A model generated the notes under the pieces. That model had not been told where the DNA came from and did not search any database. It was given only the letters and a program-made list of their open reading frames with translations. Positions 28,745 through 37,060 of a stretch of 41,364 bases of DNA are shown piece by piece. The stretch covers positions 1 through 41,364 of the IMG/VR virus record IMGVR_UViG_3300047288_000084, one strand, 5' to 3'. This stretch comes from a virus. Taxonomy: Duplodnaviria; Caudoviricetes. Both the position numbers and the translations under genes were made by a program. Position 1 is the stretch's first letter. Each line of letters starts with the position of its first letter.

Positions 28745-28855
28745 CTTTTCTTACTCCACTCTTGCTTGGTCGGGCATCGCTACGCTCGCCCTCCCTATAC
28801 TCTGCTTCTCTTTTAACTGTATAATAAGTTACCTTTGGGGACATCGGATAACCTT

Positions 28856-28884
28856 ATCATACCATATGAAGAGTGATTTGTCAA
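28856..28884 (-). promoter_or_regulatory. Sigma70-type promoter upstream of primase-helicase
   Basis: Minus strand TTGACA-17 bp-TATGAT. Confidence 0.8.
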
Positions 28885-28908
28885 GTAAAATCGACAGACA
28901 AGAACCAA

Positions 28909-29112
28909 CTATTTCGTAAGCTGTTGATTCTTCAAGGCTTTACAACCACTCTCAAACGTGCAGTTGCACGACTTTTCACTCATGACGTGAGGACAAACTT
29001 CACCTTTGAACAGGTCAGGCATGCGCCTATTCAACTCGTTAAGCGCAGCCTGAACCTGTGTGTAGTCCAGTTCATCCTGCTTCGGCTTCGGGCTTGTACT
29101 TTTCTTTTTCAT
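28909..29112 (-). CDS. Small hypothetical protein
   Basis: 67 aa ORF overlapping the end of the ATP-grasp gene. Confidence 0.45.
   Translation of the reverse strand: MKKKSTSPKPKQDELDYTQVQAALNELNRRMPDLFKGEVCPHVMSEKSCNCTFESGCKALKNQQLTK
28917..28929 (-). promoter_or_regulatory. Putative IHF site
   Basis: Minus strand AATCAACAGCTTA matches WATCAANNNNTTR. Confidence 0.5.
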
Positions 29113-29914
29113 AGAGAACCAAATCTTTCAGGTACTTGGAGTATTTACCGACGAGGTACGGAGTCAACTCCGGAGCAGTGTTCACTTCGAGGATGATTGG
29201 GTTGCCTCCGTTCTTGGGGACGATGATGTCGACACCACCGAAGTCGAGACCGAGGGCTGCGACAATTCTCTTCGCAGCCGGACGGATGCCAGACGGAATG
29301 TCTCCCTCAGAGAGAAGCTTCAGGCCGTAGCCACCTCCAGTCGTCTTCACGTCGTCATTGTAGGAGTCCTTCCCCTCTACGCGAACCTTCTTCTGCACGG
29401 CGAATGCAGAATAGTTGTCGACGACCTCAGGATTGTCCGTGGGAAGGCGGCAGACAGAGACACGATACTCTGCCTTAGCCGGAACGAAGACCGTGTAGAG
29501 CTTGCCTTCCGGCAGGCAATCGGCAGGACCCTTGTGAATGATAAGTCCATCCCCGTCGTGACCGGTAAGCTTCTGACGAACGCAGACGACACCGTCTTTG
29601 TTCATACTCTTAGCCTCGGCGTGACTCTTAGTCCACTTCGGGATGAAGTTGCTGAGCCCCTTGTCGACGAGAGTCTGGAAGGTAGACAACTTGTCGACGG
29701 CGACCTTGACGCAGGAGGGGTTGTTGATGATCTTCAGATCATCGTACCCATCCTTCACCTCTTCGAAGTGGGAGGAGGAACCCCAGTTGATGACGACATC
29801 ACCCTTCTCGGCCTTGAAGAGTTTCATCTTCTTATTCAGAAGAATAGCCCCCATTGCCTCGGCAAGCTGATTCGCGGACTTGGAGTACGACTTGTAGGCC
29901 CGTATCAAGAACAT
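29072..29914 (-). CDS. ATP-grasp ligase (RimK-like, phiEco32/PaP3 type)
   Basis: VINWG, DKLxTF, GHDGDG, EYRV, LGLDFGGVDI and LEVNTAP motifs. Confidence 0.9.
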   Translation of the reverse strand: MFLIRAYKSYSKSANQLAEAMGAILLNKKMKLFKAEKGDVVINWGSSSHFEEVKDGYDDLKIINNPSCVKVAVDKLSTFQTLVDKGLSNFIPKWTKSHAEAKSMNKDGVVCVRQKLTGHDGDGLIIHKGPADCLPEGKLYTVFVPAKAEYRVSVCRLPTDNPEVVDNYSAFAVQKKVRVEGKDSYNDDVKTTGGGYGLKLLSEGDIPSGIRPAAKRIVAALGLDFGGVDIIVPKNGGNPIILEVNTAPELTPYLVGKYSKYLKDLVLYEKEKYKPEAEAG

Positions 29915-29916
29915 CT

Positions 29917-30819
29917 CTAATCTCCGAAGGCGTCAGTAGATGTGGTGAAGTTCTCACCGTGAGAGTCGGCAGATTGGTTTTGCAATGCGATTACGTCTTT
30001 CTGCCACTGACTCCAGTCGTCAACTGCGAAGGCAAGAGAGCCGATGATACGACGACTGCGGCGACAGAGGTGATAGTAGTCCTTGTACGCCGCCAGCTTG
30101 GAGACGAACGAAGACGGGAGAACCTGCAAGAGGAAGGAGTCCTTCTGCGAGTCGAGGTACTGTTCGAAGACCTTGGAAGGGTCGTCGAAGTTCTTCGCTG
30201 CCGTGTTGACGAGATGGTGGACGGCAGTTGCCCACTCATGGATCACATCGGGGTCGATTGTCGACCGCATACCGCGGAACTCGAGAGAATTGATCGAGGC
30301 AATAGTCGCCAGATTGATTGATCCGTACTTGAACGTATCCTTATGGAAGTTGAAGAAACTCTTCCTCTCCTGACAGGAATTCATGACGAGCAGGGCGGTC
30401 GCAGGAGAGGAGCTGAGACGAAGACAGAAGTGATTGTTGTAGCGGGTCGGGCCGCAGTACAGCATCATCACATCTTCGATCAGCCAGTACGCGACGACTG
30501 CGTTGAGCACTTGAACTGCCGTGAGATGACCGACGTTGACATGAACGTGGACCGAAGCTCGTTCGTTGCCATCGTCGACGTTGCCGGTAGCCGAGAGAGC
30601 ATCAGTAAGCTGCTTGATCTTCGGGAGAAGAGTCGGACCGACTTTGAACGGCTGACGAGCGATCACCTCGATCCCGTTCTTCAGTGAAGGATCATTGGTA
30701 ACCAACCACGACGAGTCGACCTGGATGTCGGTTGGGGTACCGGGAAGAAACTCCACCTCCACTTCGATACCAACATCGCCGTTCTTCGACGCTTTGTTGA
30801 AGTACTTGCTCAACTGCAT
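29917..30819 (-). CDS. Putative amidoligase (glutamine-synthetase-like COOH-NH2 ligase)
   Basis: VGIEVEVE, WxxxxDPSL, GIE, SVHVHVN and SLEFR motifs. Confidence 0.85.
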   Translation of the reverse strand: MQLSKYFNKASKNGDVGIEVEVEFLPGTPTDIQVDSSWLVTNDPSLKNGIEVIARQPFKVGPTLLPKIKQLTDALSATGNVDDGNERASVHVHVNVGHLTAVQVLNAVVAYWLIEDVMMLYCGPTRYNNHFCLRLSSSPATALLVMNSCQERKSFFNFHKDTFKYGSINLATIASINSLEFRGMRSTIDPDVIHEWATAVHHLVNTAAKNFDDPSKVFEQYLDSQKDSFLLQVLPSSFVSKLAAYKDYYHLCRRSRRIIGSLAFAVDDWSQWQKDVIALQNQSADSHGENFTTSTDAFGD

Positions 30820-30846
30820 GTCTGCTCTCCTGAGGCAGTGATGAAG

Positions 30847-31485
30847 CTAGTTGATCTTGACGCCAGCAGACTCAAGGTCTTCACCGAAGACACGAGTCAA
30901 CCGCTTGTCGAAGACAGAGAAGGTCTTTCCCTTGTTGATAGAAGCCCCGATGATCCGACCACACGCAGCAATCTTGAAGATGTTCGGGTCATCCGAGATG
31001 ATAGCGATGTCCTTCCCGAGCAGTGCCACCCCGTTATCAACGACGGCGTCTGTGGAGAAGGACTTGATGAACGACGTCTTTCCAAGCAAGACCTTGTAGT
31101 GCTCCACGCTGTAGAAGTGCGAGCTACTAGAGTAGCTCTTCGCAGGATTCGAGTGATGAAGGAAGGTAGTATTCGAAACGTGGACGCCGTGCTGTGTGAC
31201 TCGAGCCGGGAGACGAGACGAGAACAAGAGCTTCCCGTAGTTGACGAAGTATCCGTAGCCAAGGTCGAAGTCGAGATCGTCATTGTTGACGTACGAGATC
31301 GTCATAGACCCTTGCGGCGAGAAGTAGTTGGGGTTGGGGTCGATGCTTACCGGTGTGATGTTGATCTTGTCGAGAGGCGTGTTGCTCTTCGCTTCGATCT
31401 GTTGCAACACACCCTTGTACTTACAGAAGACGCCGTTCAGGCGACGAAACTTGTCGTCCTGCCCGTAAAAGATAGAAAGACCCAT
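30847..31485 (-). CDS. Hypothetical protein in the ligase operon
   Basis: AAGGAAG RBS; 212 aa; co-oriented. Confidence 0.75.
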   Translation of the reverse strand: MGLSIFYGQDDKFRRLNGVFCKYKGVLQQIEAKSNTPLDKINITPVSIDPNPNYFSPQGSMTISYVNNDDLDFDLGYGYFVNYGKLLFSSRLPARVTQHGVHVSNTTFLHHSNPAKSYSSSSHFYSVEHYKVLLGKTSFIKSFSTDAVVDNGVALLGKDIAIISDDPNIFKIAACGRIIGASINKGKTFSVFDKRLTRVFGEDLESAGVKIN

Positions 31486-31501
31486 GTTATCTTCCTTTCG
31501 T

Positions 31502-32437
31502 CTAGACGATGATGAGAGGAGAGTCGAGGGTAGGAGGACCTAAATACTTGCCGCCGACCGAAAACGGCACGTCGAGATCGAGATCGTAGTTGACCGTTCC
31601 AGATGTCGGTGCGATGCGAGCACCCCTCTGAATGTTCTTCGAGACGGTATCTGCGTAGAAAAAGTAGTCCCCGACCGGCGTCATCTTTTGTGGGATGTGG
31701 GTAATCAACGAGTCGCCGTTGATGATCCTTTGCATTCGAGACTTCACAGCATCGAACAGGACTCTGGTGAGGTGGTCGCTCTTCATCCACCAGTTCGAGG
31801 GAACACGCCACTCCACGCCGTAGCTCTTCGGCCGGAAGGAACCGAGCTTGCCGTACATCTTCTCGCGAATGAAATCCTTGTCGGCCTTTTTCAGGAGCTG
31901 CTCATAGAGAGAGCAGTCGAGAAGACGGACGACAGTCCTACAGTCCCACAGATGACTGATGTCGGTGACATCGGCGTCACTGGTCCAACCGATGTGAATG
32001 TGACCAGAGCAGGTGCGAAGAGAGGGAAGGCCGACGATGGGCTCGGGTGGAGGGTTGATACCTCCGGAGTGCCATGCGTCGAAGTCCGGGCTGCATCCCA
32101 GCATCTTCACTTCTTCGGGGAGTGAGTCGAAGTAGCCGGGGTCGAAGACGATGACCGGCTCGAAGATGAAGTTGTACCGATCCTCCGGCAACCACTTGCG
32201 AAGTTCAGCCAGCACCTTGTTCTTGTTGCTGATGAACTGGTCGGCAGTCTCAGCCGGATCGATATTGATCTCGACCATCAACCCATCCACCTGGATGGCA
32301 CCGCCGTTGACCTTGTGAGGCTCGTTCTTCGTGCCGGGGATGAGGTCATGAGCAGAGACCAGACGGTTGATCTTCTTGTCGAAGACGCCGAACTCAGGGT
32401 CTGCTCCGATGAGAATCTTGCTGATCGTCTTGGACAC
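31502..32437 (-). CDS. phiEco32-like COOH-NH2 ligase type 2
   Basis: IGADPEF, QVDGLMVEINIDP, GCSPDF, RTCSGHIHIG and YGxxGSFRPKSYGVEWR; likely GTG start at 32437 after AAGGTGGAG. Confidence 0.88.
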   Translation of the reverse strand: MSKTISKILIGADPEFGVFDKKINRLVSAHDLIPGTKNEPHKVNGGAIQVDGLMVEINIDPAETADQFISNKNKVLAELRKWLPEDRYNFIFEPVIVFDPGYFDSLPEEVKMLGCSPDFDAWHSGGINPPPEPIVGLPSLRTCSGHIHIGWTSDADVTDISHLWDCRTVVRLLDCSLYEQLLKKADKDFIREKMYGKLGSFRPKSYGVEWRVPSNWWMKSDHLTRVLFDAVKSRMQRIINGDSLITHIPQKMTPVGDYFFYADTVSKNIQRGARIAPTSGTVNYDLDLDVPFSVGGKYLGPPTLDSPLIIV

Positions 32438-32450
32438 GGTCGGCTCCACC

Positions 32451-33659
32451 TTAGCAGAAACCTTTTCGGCAGACAAGCTCTTCTTCCCAAGGGGCGGTTG
32501 CTTCTTCGGGAACGGGCTTGCGTACCCAGTGAGAGTAGTCGAGAATCCCTTCGTAGGCTTCTTTGAAGTAGCTGTAGAAGAGGGGCTCTTTTTCTTTGCA
32601 GGTTTGGCAGACGTAGGCTGAGTTGTTGAACCAGAAAGCTTTGCCATATTGCGTGACCTTTGTTGTGCAGAATGAACAGCCATTGTTGAGGAGCGTGTTA
32701 GCCTTGGCCAACGTCATAGTCTTTCCTCTGTACGCTCGGTACATCGGAACGTTCTCGATCTGATCCGGCTTCTTGGAAGCAGGACCGATCACCGCAGGGA
32801 CAGAGCCCGTAGACGCAGTTACCGCAGTCTCTGGCGCGCTGCCTTTCTCTGCTGTTTTCGAAGCAGCCTCCGCTCCCTCTTTGTTAAGAAAGCCGACACT
32901 GCTTATCGACGTGTGCTCGCCCCCTTTCTGTGACGAAGTAGAAGCAGAGTAGGACACCGTCGTTTTCGTCAGAGAAACTGGATCGTCGATGTCCCACGAG
33001 AACAGCGTCATAGACGGGACGACTAGAATCTGTGCCGTCGCCTGTGAGATTGCCGATCTGCTGCGAACCAGATCGAGGAAGGCGTACTCAGATGCGTAGT
33101 AGAACACCTGGTTGAAGATCATGTAGTAGAGAGGACGCTTGTCATTCCGAACCAGGTTGAACGTGCGGTCCTTCAGGTCGGTGTAGGCCAGAGCAAAGGC
33201 ACCGGAGTAAGGAAGCATCGACAGTGTAGGCTTCAGCCCGAACTCGTTGATACTTTCGAACAACTCTTCCGAGTCCGTTTTACCACCGCCTCCCAGCCCT
33301 TCGATGGTCCCGTTGTGCATACCAACAAGTTCGTTGTTGATGTTGAACGGATGGGCGTTGTCATCGACGATGCTGCCCTTTGTCGCATGACGACAGTGAC
33401 CGGCGAAGATCATGATGTCGGAGCGGTTGAACAGCTTCGACCCCTCACCGTTCCCGAGAAACTGCGACGCAGAAACTGCCTGCTTCTTGACGATCAGACC
33501 CCTTCCCTTGGCATTCTCACGAGTGATGAGAAAGGCGCCAGCACTGTGGAGTCCACGCAACTGGGAGACAATGAACAGATCGAAAACTCTCTCCCTCTCA
33601 ATAATGGAAAGGGTTGGTGTGCTCCCAGACATCACCACTGCACCAGCTAGACCACACAT
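32451..33659 (-). CDS. Class II (Ntn) glutamine amidotransferase with C-terminal Zn-finger
   Basis: MCG N-terminus, RGxHSAG, GHCRHATKG, NAHPF, HNGTI, TDSE and YASE; C-terminal CSFC...CQTC. Confidence 0.92.
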   Translation of the reverse strand: MCGLAGAVVMSGSTPTLSIIERERVFDLFIVSQLRGLHSAGAFLITRENAKGRGLIVKKQAVSASQFLGNGEGSKLFNRSDIMIFAGHCRHATKGSIVDDNAHPFNINNELVGMHNGTIEGLGGGGKTDSEELFESINEFGLKPTLSMLPYSGAFALAYTDLKDRTFNLVRNDKRPLYYMIFNQVFYYASEYAFLDLVRSRSAISQATAQILVVPSMTLFSWDIDDPVSLTKTTVSYSASTSSQKGGEHTSISSVGFLNKEGAEAASKTAEKGSAPETAVTASTGSVPAVIGPASKKPDQIENVPMYRAYRGKTMTLAKANTLLNNGCSFCTTKVTQYGKAFWFNNSAYVCQTCKEKEPLFYSYFKEAYEGILDYSHWVRKPVPEEATAPWEEELVCRKGFC

Positions 33660-33681
33660 TTCTTTTCTCCTTTTCTACCTC

Positions 33682-34332
33682 TTAGTTGAAGAGGTGTCGG
33701 TAGAACAGTTCTTCGAACAAGTCGAACGAAGGACCGTCCTCCCACTCTGGATGCCACTGAACCCCGAGGAAGTTCTCATGCAGGTAGTAGAACGCCTCGA
33801 CGTCGCGCCAGTCGCCGCTCTTGAACCGCTTCTCATCGGTCTCATGGTACGTACTGATGTTGGCGACAGCGAGCAGCTTCGCATTGTCGTTGATGACACA
33901 CATCTGGTGGTGGTCCGAGTTGACGACCGACATCTCCTCCCCCAGCTTGAAGTCATCGTCGAAGAAACGAATGCCGTGCCGACTGCCTCGATGGCAATCG
34001 ACATCTTGGTAGAGGCTGCCGCCACACAGAACGTTTCCGAGCTGTGCCCCTCGGCAGATGCCGACCTTCGGAGTCTCCGGACTGAGAGACTTCCAGAGGG
34101 AAATCTCTTTCAGGTCTCGTGTCGGGTTGGGGAACGTCTTGGCATGTCGCTTCTGACCGTAGATGAACGGATGGATGTCCGAGCCTCCGGTGAAGAAGAC
34201 GATGTCGGGGAACGTCTTGTCGACAGACGATTCGTCGATGACGTTGAACCCCATCCTCTTCACCATACGCACGGTATCGGCGTCATTGTCGGAAACGATT
34301 GCGTTGAGAATCACATTGGTCTTCACTGCCAT
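33682..34332 (-). CDS. Class I glutamine amidotransferase-like / peptidase C26 (gamma-glutamyl hydrolase)
   Basis: TGGSDIHPxxY, GICRGAQ, NSDHHQ and GVQWHPE (Cys-His-Glu triad); start approximate (ATG at 34332 or 34347). Confidence 0.9.
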   Translation of the reverse strand: MAVKTNVILNAIVSDNDADTVRMVKRMGFNVIDESSVDKTFPDIVFFTGGSDIHPFIYGQKRHAKTFPNPTRDLKEISLWKSLSPETPKVGICRGAQLGNVLCGGSLYQDVDCHRGSRHGIRFFDDDFKLGEEMSVVNSDHHQMCVINDNAKLLAVANISTYHETDEKRFKSGDWRDVEAFYYLHENFLGVQWHPEWEDGPSFDLFEELFYRHLFN

Positions 34333-35234
34333 GCAAGAGCCCTCCATTCGGACCTGTTCTTCAGAAGAAAGCTCACAGCCTCAGAAGATGAGACGCACGA
34401 GCCGGCGGTAGTATTGAAGTCCTTGACGTTGAGCGACAAAACGTCAGGGAACAACCCGCTGTAACTAGGCTTGCCGGTGAGATTCTTCGAGAAGTAGCTG
34501 GAGATGTTGGTGCCGTGCCACTTTGAACCGACCGGGCCGTAGGAACCGCTTTTGGTGTACGGAGCAGGATTCGCTTGGATGTCCGGATCGCTCTCTTCGA
34601 GCCGGCGGAGAGAAATGCCAGATTCGAGGCGGTCGAACAGGTGAGTGTACGTTTCACCAGAGAGTGAGAGAGAGCCGTTGACGTGGACAGAAATGTACTC
34701 GGCCAGAAGGATGGATTCGGGGCGAGTGAATCCATTGCGTCGCCACAGCCAGTACGACCGAATCTTGTTGCTCATCTCCTGCGGGACGCGAGCACCGATC
34801 ATGATGTTGGTCAGCACCTGGGCTGAGACAGTGCTGGTGTTGAACGTACCGACAGCAAGAGGGCGGCCGATCTTGTCGCGGAGGATGACGATGTCATCCG
34901 CCTTAAGGTACTTGGCGAAGGGGCCACTCTTTGTGTCCGTCAGATAGTCCCAGTAGTCGACGGCTGCCTCGTAGAGATCGGGGTAGCGGCACCACAGCGA
35001 CGAGAAGACGCCACGATTCGAGCCAAAAAAGAAGCCCAACGTCGCGTTATGGCAACCGATGCCAGGCATCGTCTTGATTTTTCCATCTCCGTCGATCTTC
35101 CGAAGATTCGCGGAACCCTTCTTCGCGCCGAAGTACTCCGGGTAGTCACTCTCATAGTAGGAAGAGAGTTCCTTGATCAGACCCTGAAGTTCTTCGGTGC
35201 CTCCTGCGGAAGCAGTACTAGTCTTTGCATTCAT
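34323..35234 (-). CDS. Hypothetical protein heading the ligase operon
   Basis: AAGGAG RBS, 303 aa, overlaps the C26 gene. Confidence 0.8.
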   Translation of the reverse strand: MNAKTSTASAGGTEELQGLIKELSSYYESDYPEYFGAKKGSANLRKIDGDGKIKTMPGIGCHNATLGFFFGSNRGVFSSLWCRYPDLYEAAVDYWDYLTDTKSGPFAKYLKADDIVILRDKIGRPLAVGTFNTSTVSAQVLTNIMIGARVPQEMSNKIRSYWLWRRNGFTRPESILLAEYISVHVNGSLSLSGETYTHLFDRLESGISLRRLEESDPDIQANPAPYTKSGSYGPVGSKWHGTNISSYFSKNLTGKPSYSGLFPDVLSLNVKDFNTTAGSCVSSSEAVSFLLKNRSEWRALAWQ

Positions 35235-35387
35235 GGGATTGCTCCTTGCAAAACAATTAGTTATCGGCAGTCTGCATAAAAAAGGAGGAAAGAGACGGCA
35301 GGTAAAGGAAGACCGTTGCCTTCGATCACCACCTATCTCTTTCCTCCAGTTGGCCGGGGTAAACGGAGAGGAAAACCCCCGGCAGCG

Positions 35388-35723
35388 TTACGAATTAACG
35401 TCCTTCACCTTCGGAGCCGGAAGGTGAGTGCCGACGTTGTAGATGTTCTCACTGTTCTTCTCGCGCGCCTTCTTCTTCGAGAAGAGAGACTTGATCGAGG
35501 CGAACAGGGAATTCTGGATGACCTCCATCTTCTTCGAAGCACGAACATGGACGTCGTGGAACGACGGCTCACCGTCTTCACCATCCTCCTGAAGAGTGAG
35601 GACGGCAGTCTCGACGGTGCGGGCGACAGGAAGTTCGATGATCGTCGCCGACCGGACAGTGAACGTCTTCTTGCCCTGCTTGACCTTATCGCCGGGCTTC
35701 AAGTTCTTAGCGTTGATCTTCAT
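35388..35723 (-). CDS. Hypothetical basic protein (SH3/KOW-like N-terminus)
   Basis: MKINAKNLKPGDKV after GGAGAG RBS. Confidence 0.7.
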   Translation of the reverse strand: MKINAKNLKPGDKVKQGKKTFTVRSATIIELPVARTVETAVLTLQEDGEDGEPSFHDVHVRASKKMEVIQNSLFASIKSLFSKKKAREKNSENIYNVGTHLPAPKVKDVNS

Positions 35724-35973
35724 CAGTCTCTCCAATCTTGGATGTCTTCGGTACTACCATCAAGCGATGCCGCCGGGGTCCGTTCTTACGAACGTGATAC
35801 CCTTTGACGACAGCTTCACCTGAATAATTACCGGCTTCATCCAAGGTCGGGGTGACGGACCAAAGAACGTGAAAGCCGGGACGAACCTCACCCTGCATCA
35901 AACGCCGTTGGGTGAGAAAATACAAGTAGTTATCAGACGATTGCAACAACCACTCTGCATATTTGGAAATCAT
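35707..35973 (-). CDS. Hypothetical protein
   Basis: ATG with GGAGAG RBS just downstream of the putative ncRNA. Confidence 0.5.
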   Translation of the reverse strand: MISKYAEWLLQSSDNYLYFLTQRRLMQGEVRPGFHVLWSVTPTLDEAGNYSGEAVVKGYHVRKNGPRRHRLMVVPKTSKIGETDEDQR

Positions 35974-35989
35974 CTTCGTCTCTCCGTCT

Positions 35990-37060
35990 TGGTTTGTTCT
36001 TTAGTTATTGCTGAAAGTGAGAAGGCAGTAGCCCTCCCCGAAAGGCCACTAGTTCGACCGAACGGGAAGGGCTAACCTCATTACTATGACTCACGACCAT
36101 CTCGGGCTGAAGCAACCTGCTTGTACTTCACAGGTCACAACATTAAAAGCACCGCAATCGCACTGCGGTTGAGTACCTAGTCTCATCTTGTGGACGATGT
36201 TTGTCATAGCGTCTGTCTCGTCGATAATTCCTAACTCGATAGAAGCTGAGAGCTTCTACATCACCTGTCGCACCCACGTTACGAGCACTGAGCCATACCG
36301 GTTGGAACGGATTAGGCAGTGATGGTATAGGAATGTTACTACATAGTGGGCGGTCTGCTATGTTTTCAAGACAGACGAGCGTTTTCCACTCAGTTGCAGT
36401 TCTACGAAGACAGACCGTCGATAGTCAGTCTAAGCAACCACGTACTTCGCTAGCTCAGGGTTTTCACGCCCCTTATAACTTTTCAGTAGAAGAAAGACAT
36501 GACTCTTCTCCATTCATTTTCCTTTGCTGGCACCACAGATTACGATGAGCAGACGTCACGGCCCTCGCCGTATCTTGGGGTAAGACACCCCGTATGCCTA
36601 CCAGTGAATAGCCTAGTCTAACCCGAAGACCTTCAGCCTTCTCCACCTTTAAGACATACCGTCTTCTCTCATAACAAGGGCGCTCCTCTCAAAAGAAAAC
36701 TACAGGAGGCCACACCGCAGACTTACCTTTCCCCTCCCCACCACGGAAGTTCATGGACTCCATTAGGCTAGAGGTCTCGAACCTGAGGGTACTGATGCAT
36801 ACGGTGTCCACTGCCTCAACGTACTACCCGCCACGGTAATAGTACGAGAGGAAGACAAAACAACTGCTCCAGTGTGCAACACAGACCTAGTTACTGAGCT
36901 TGTCTTACAGACGGTTCGTTGTGCTAAGCACCAGCGAAGACAGTTTCTTAAGCTGCCAAGGCCGTTTTTGCGAACACCCAGTAGTTCATCCTACTCTGTC
37001 GTGCACACACAGATAGGAATACCTAGACCTTTACCGGCCACACACTGAAGCAGTTGTAAC
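35990..37060 (-). ncRNA. Candidate large structured non-coding RNA (~1 kb), family unrecognised
   Basis: No minus-strand ORF of 60 aa or more; more than 15 helices including long-range ones. Imperfect pairs repeatedly read as G-U on the minus strand and A-C on plus. Confidence 0.7.

Noticed and set aside
28770-28795. GGGCGAGCGTAGCGATGCCC hairpin as a primosome assembly/origin signal (a similar GAGCGA motif lies at 39548-39570)
   Set aside because: The resemblance to plasmid ssi-type sequences is short and cannot be supported without a search.
32438-32683. N-terminal extension of ORF 31502..32683
   Set aside because: It overlaps the GAT-II gene in another frame; a GTG with a good RBS lies at 32437.
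36770-36790. tRNA suggested by GGTTCGAGACC
   Set aside because: Only a 3-bp stem flanks the T-loop, and no acceptor, D or anticodon arms could be built.
35990-37060. Group I/II intron, RNase P or tmRNA identity for the large RNA
   Set aside because: I could not find the P7 R/S pair, a domain V, the RNase P P4 motifs or tmRNA ends by eye, and the flanking genes are not interrupted. A covariance-model search is still needed.
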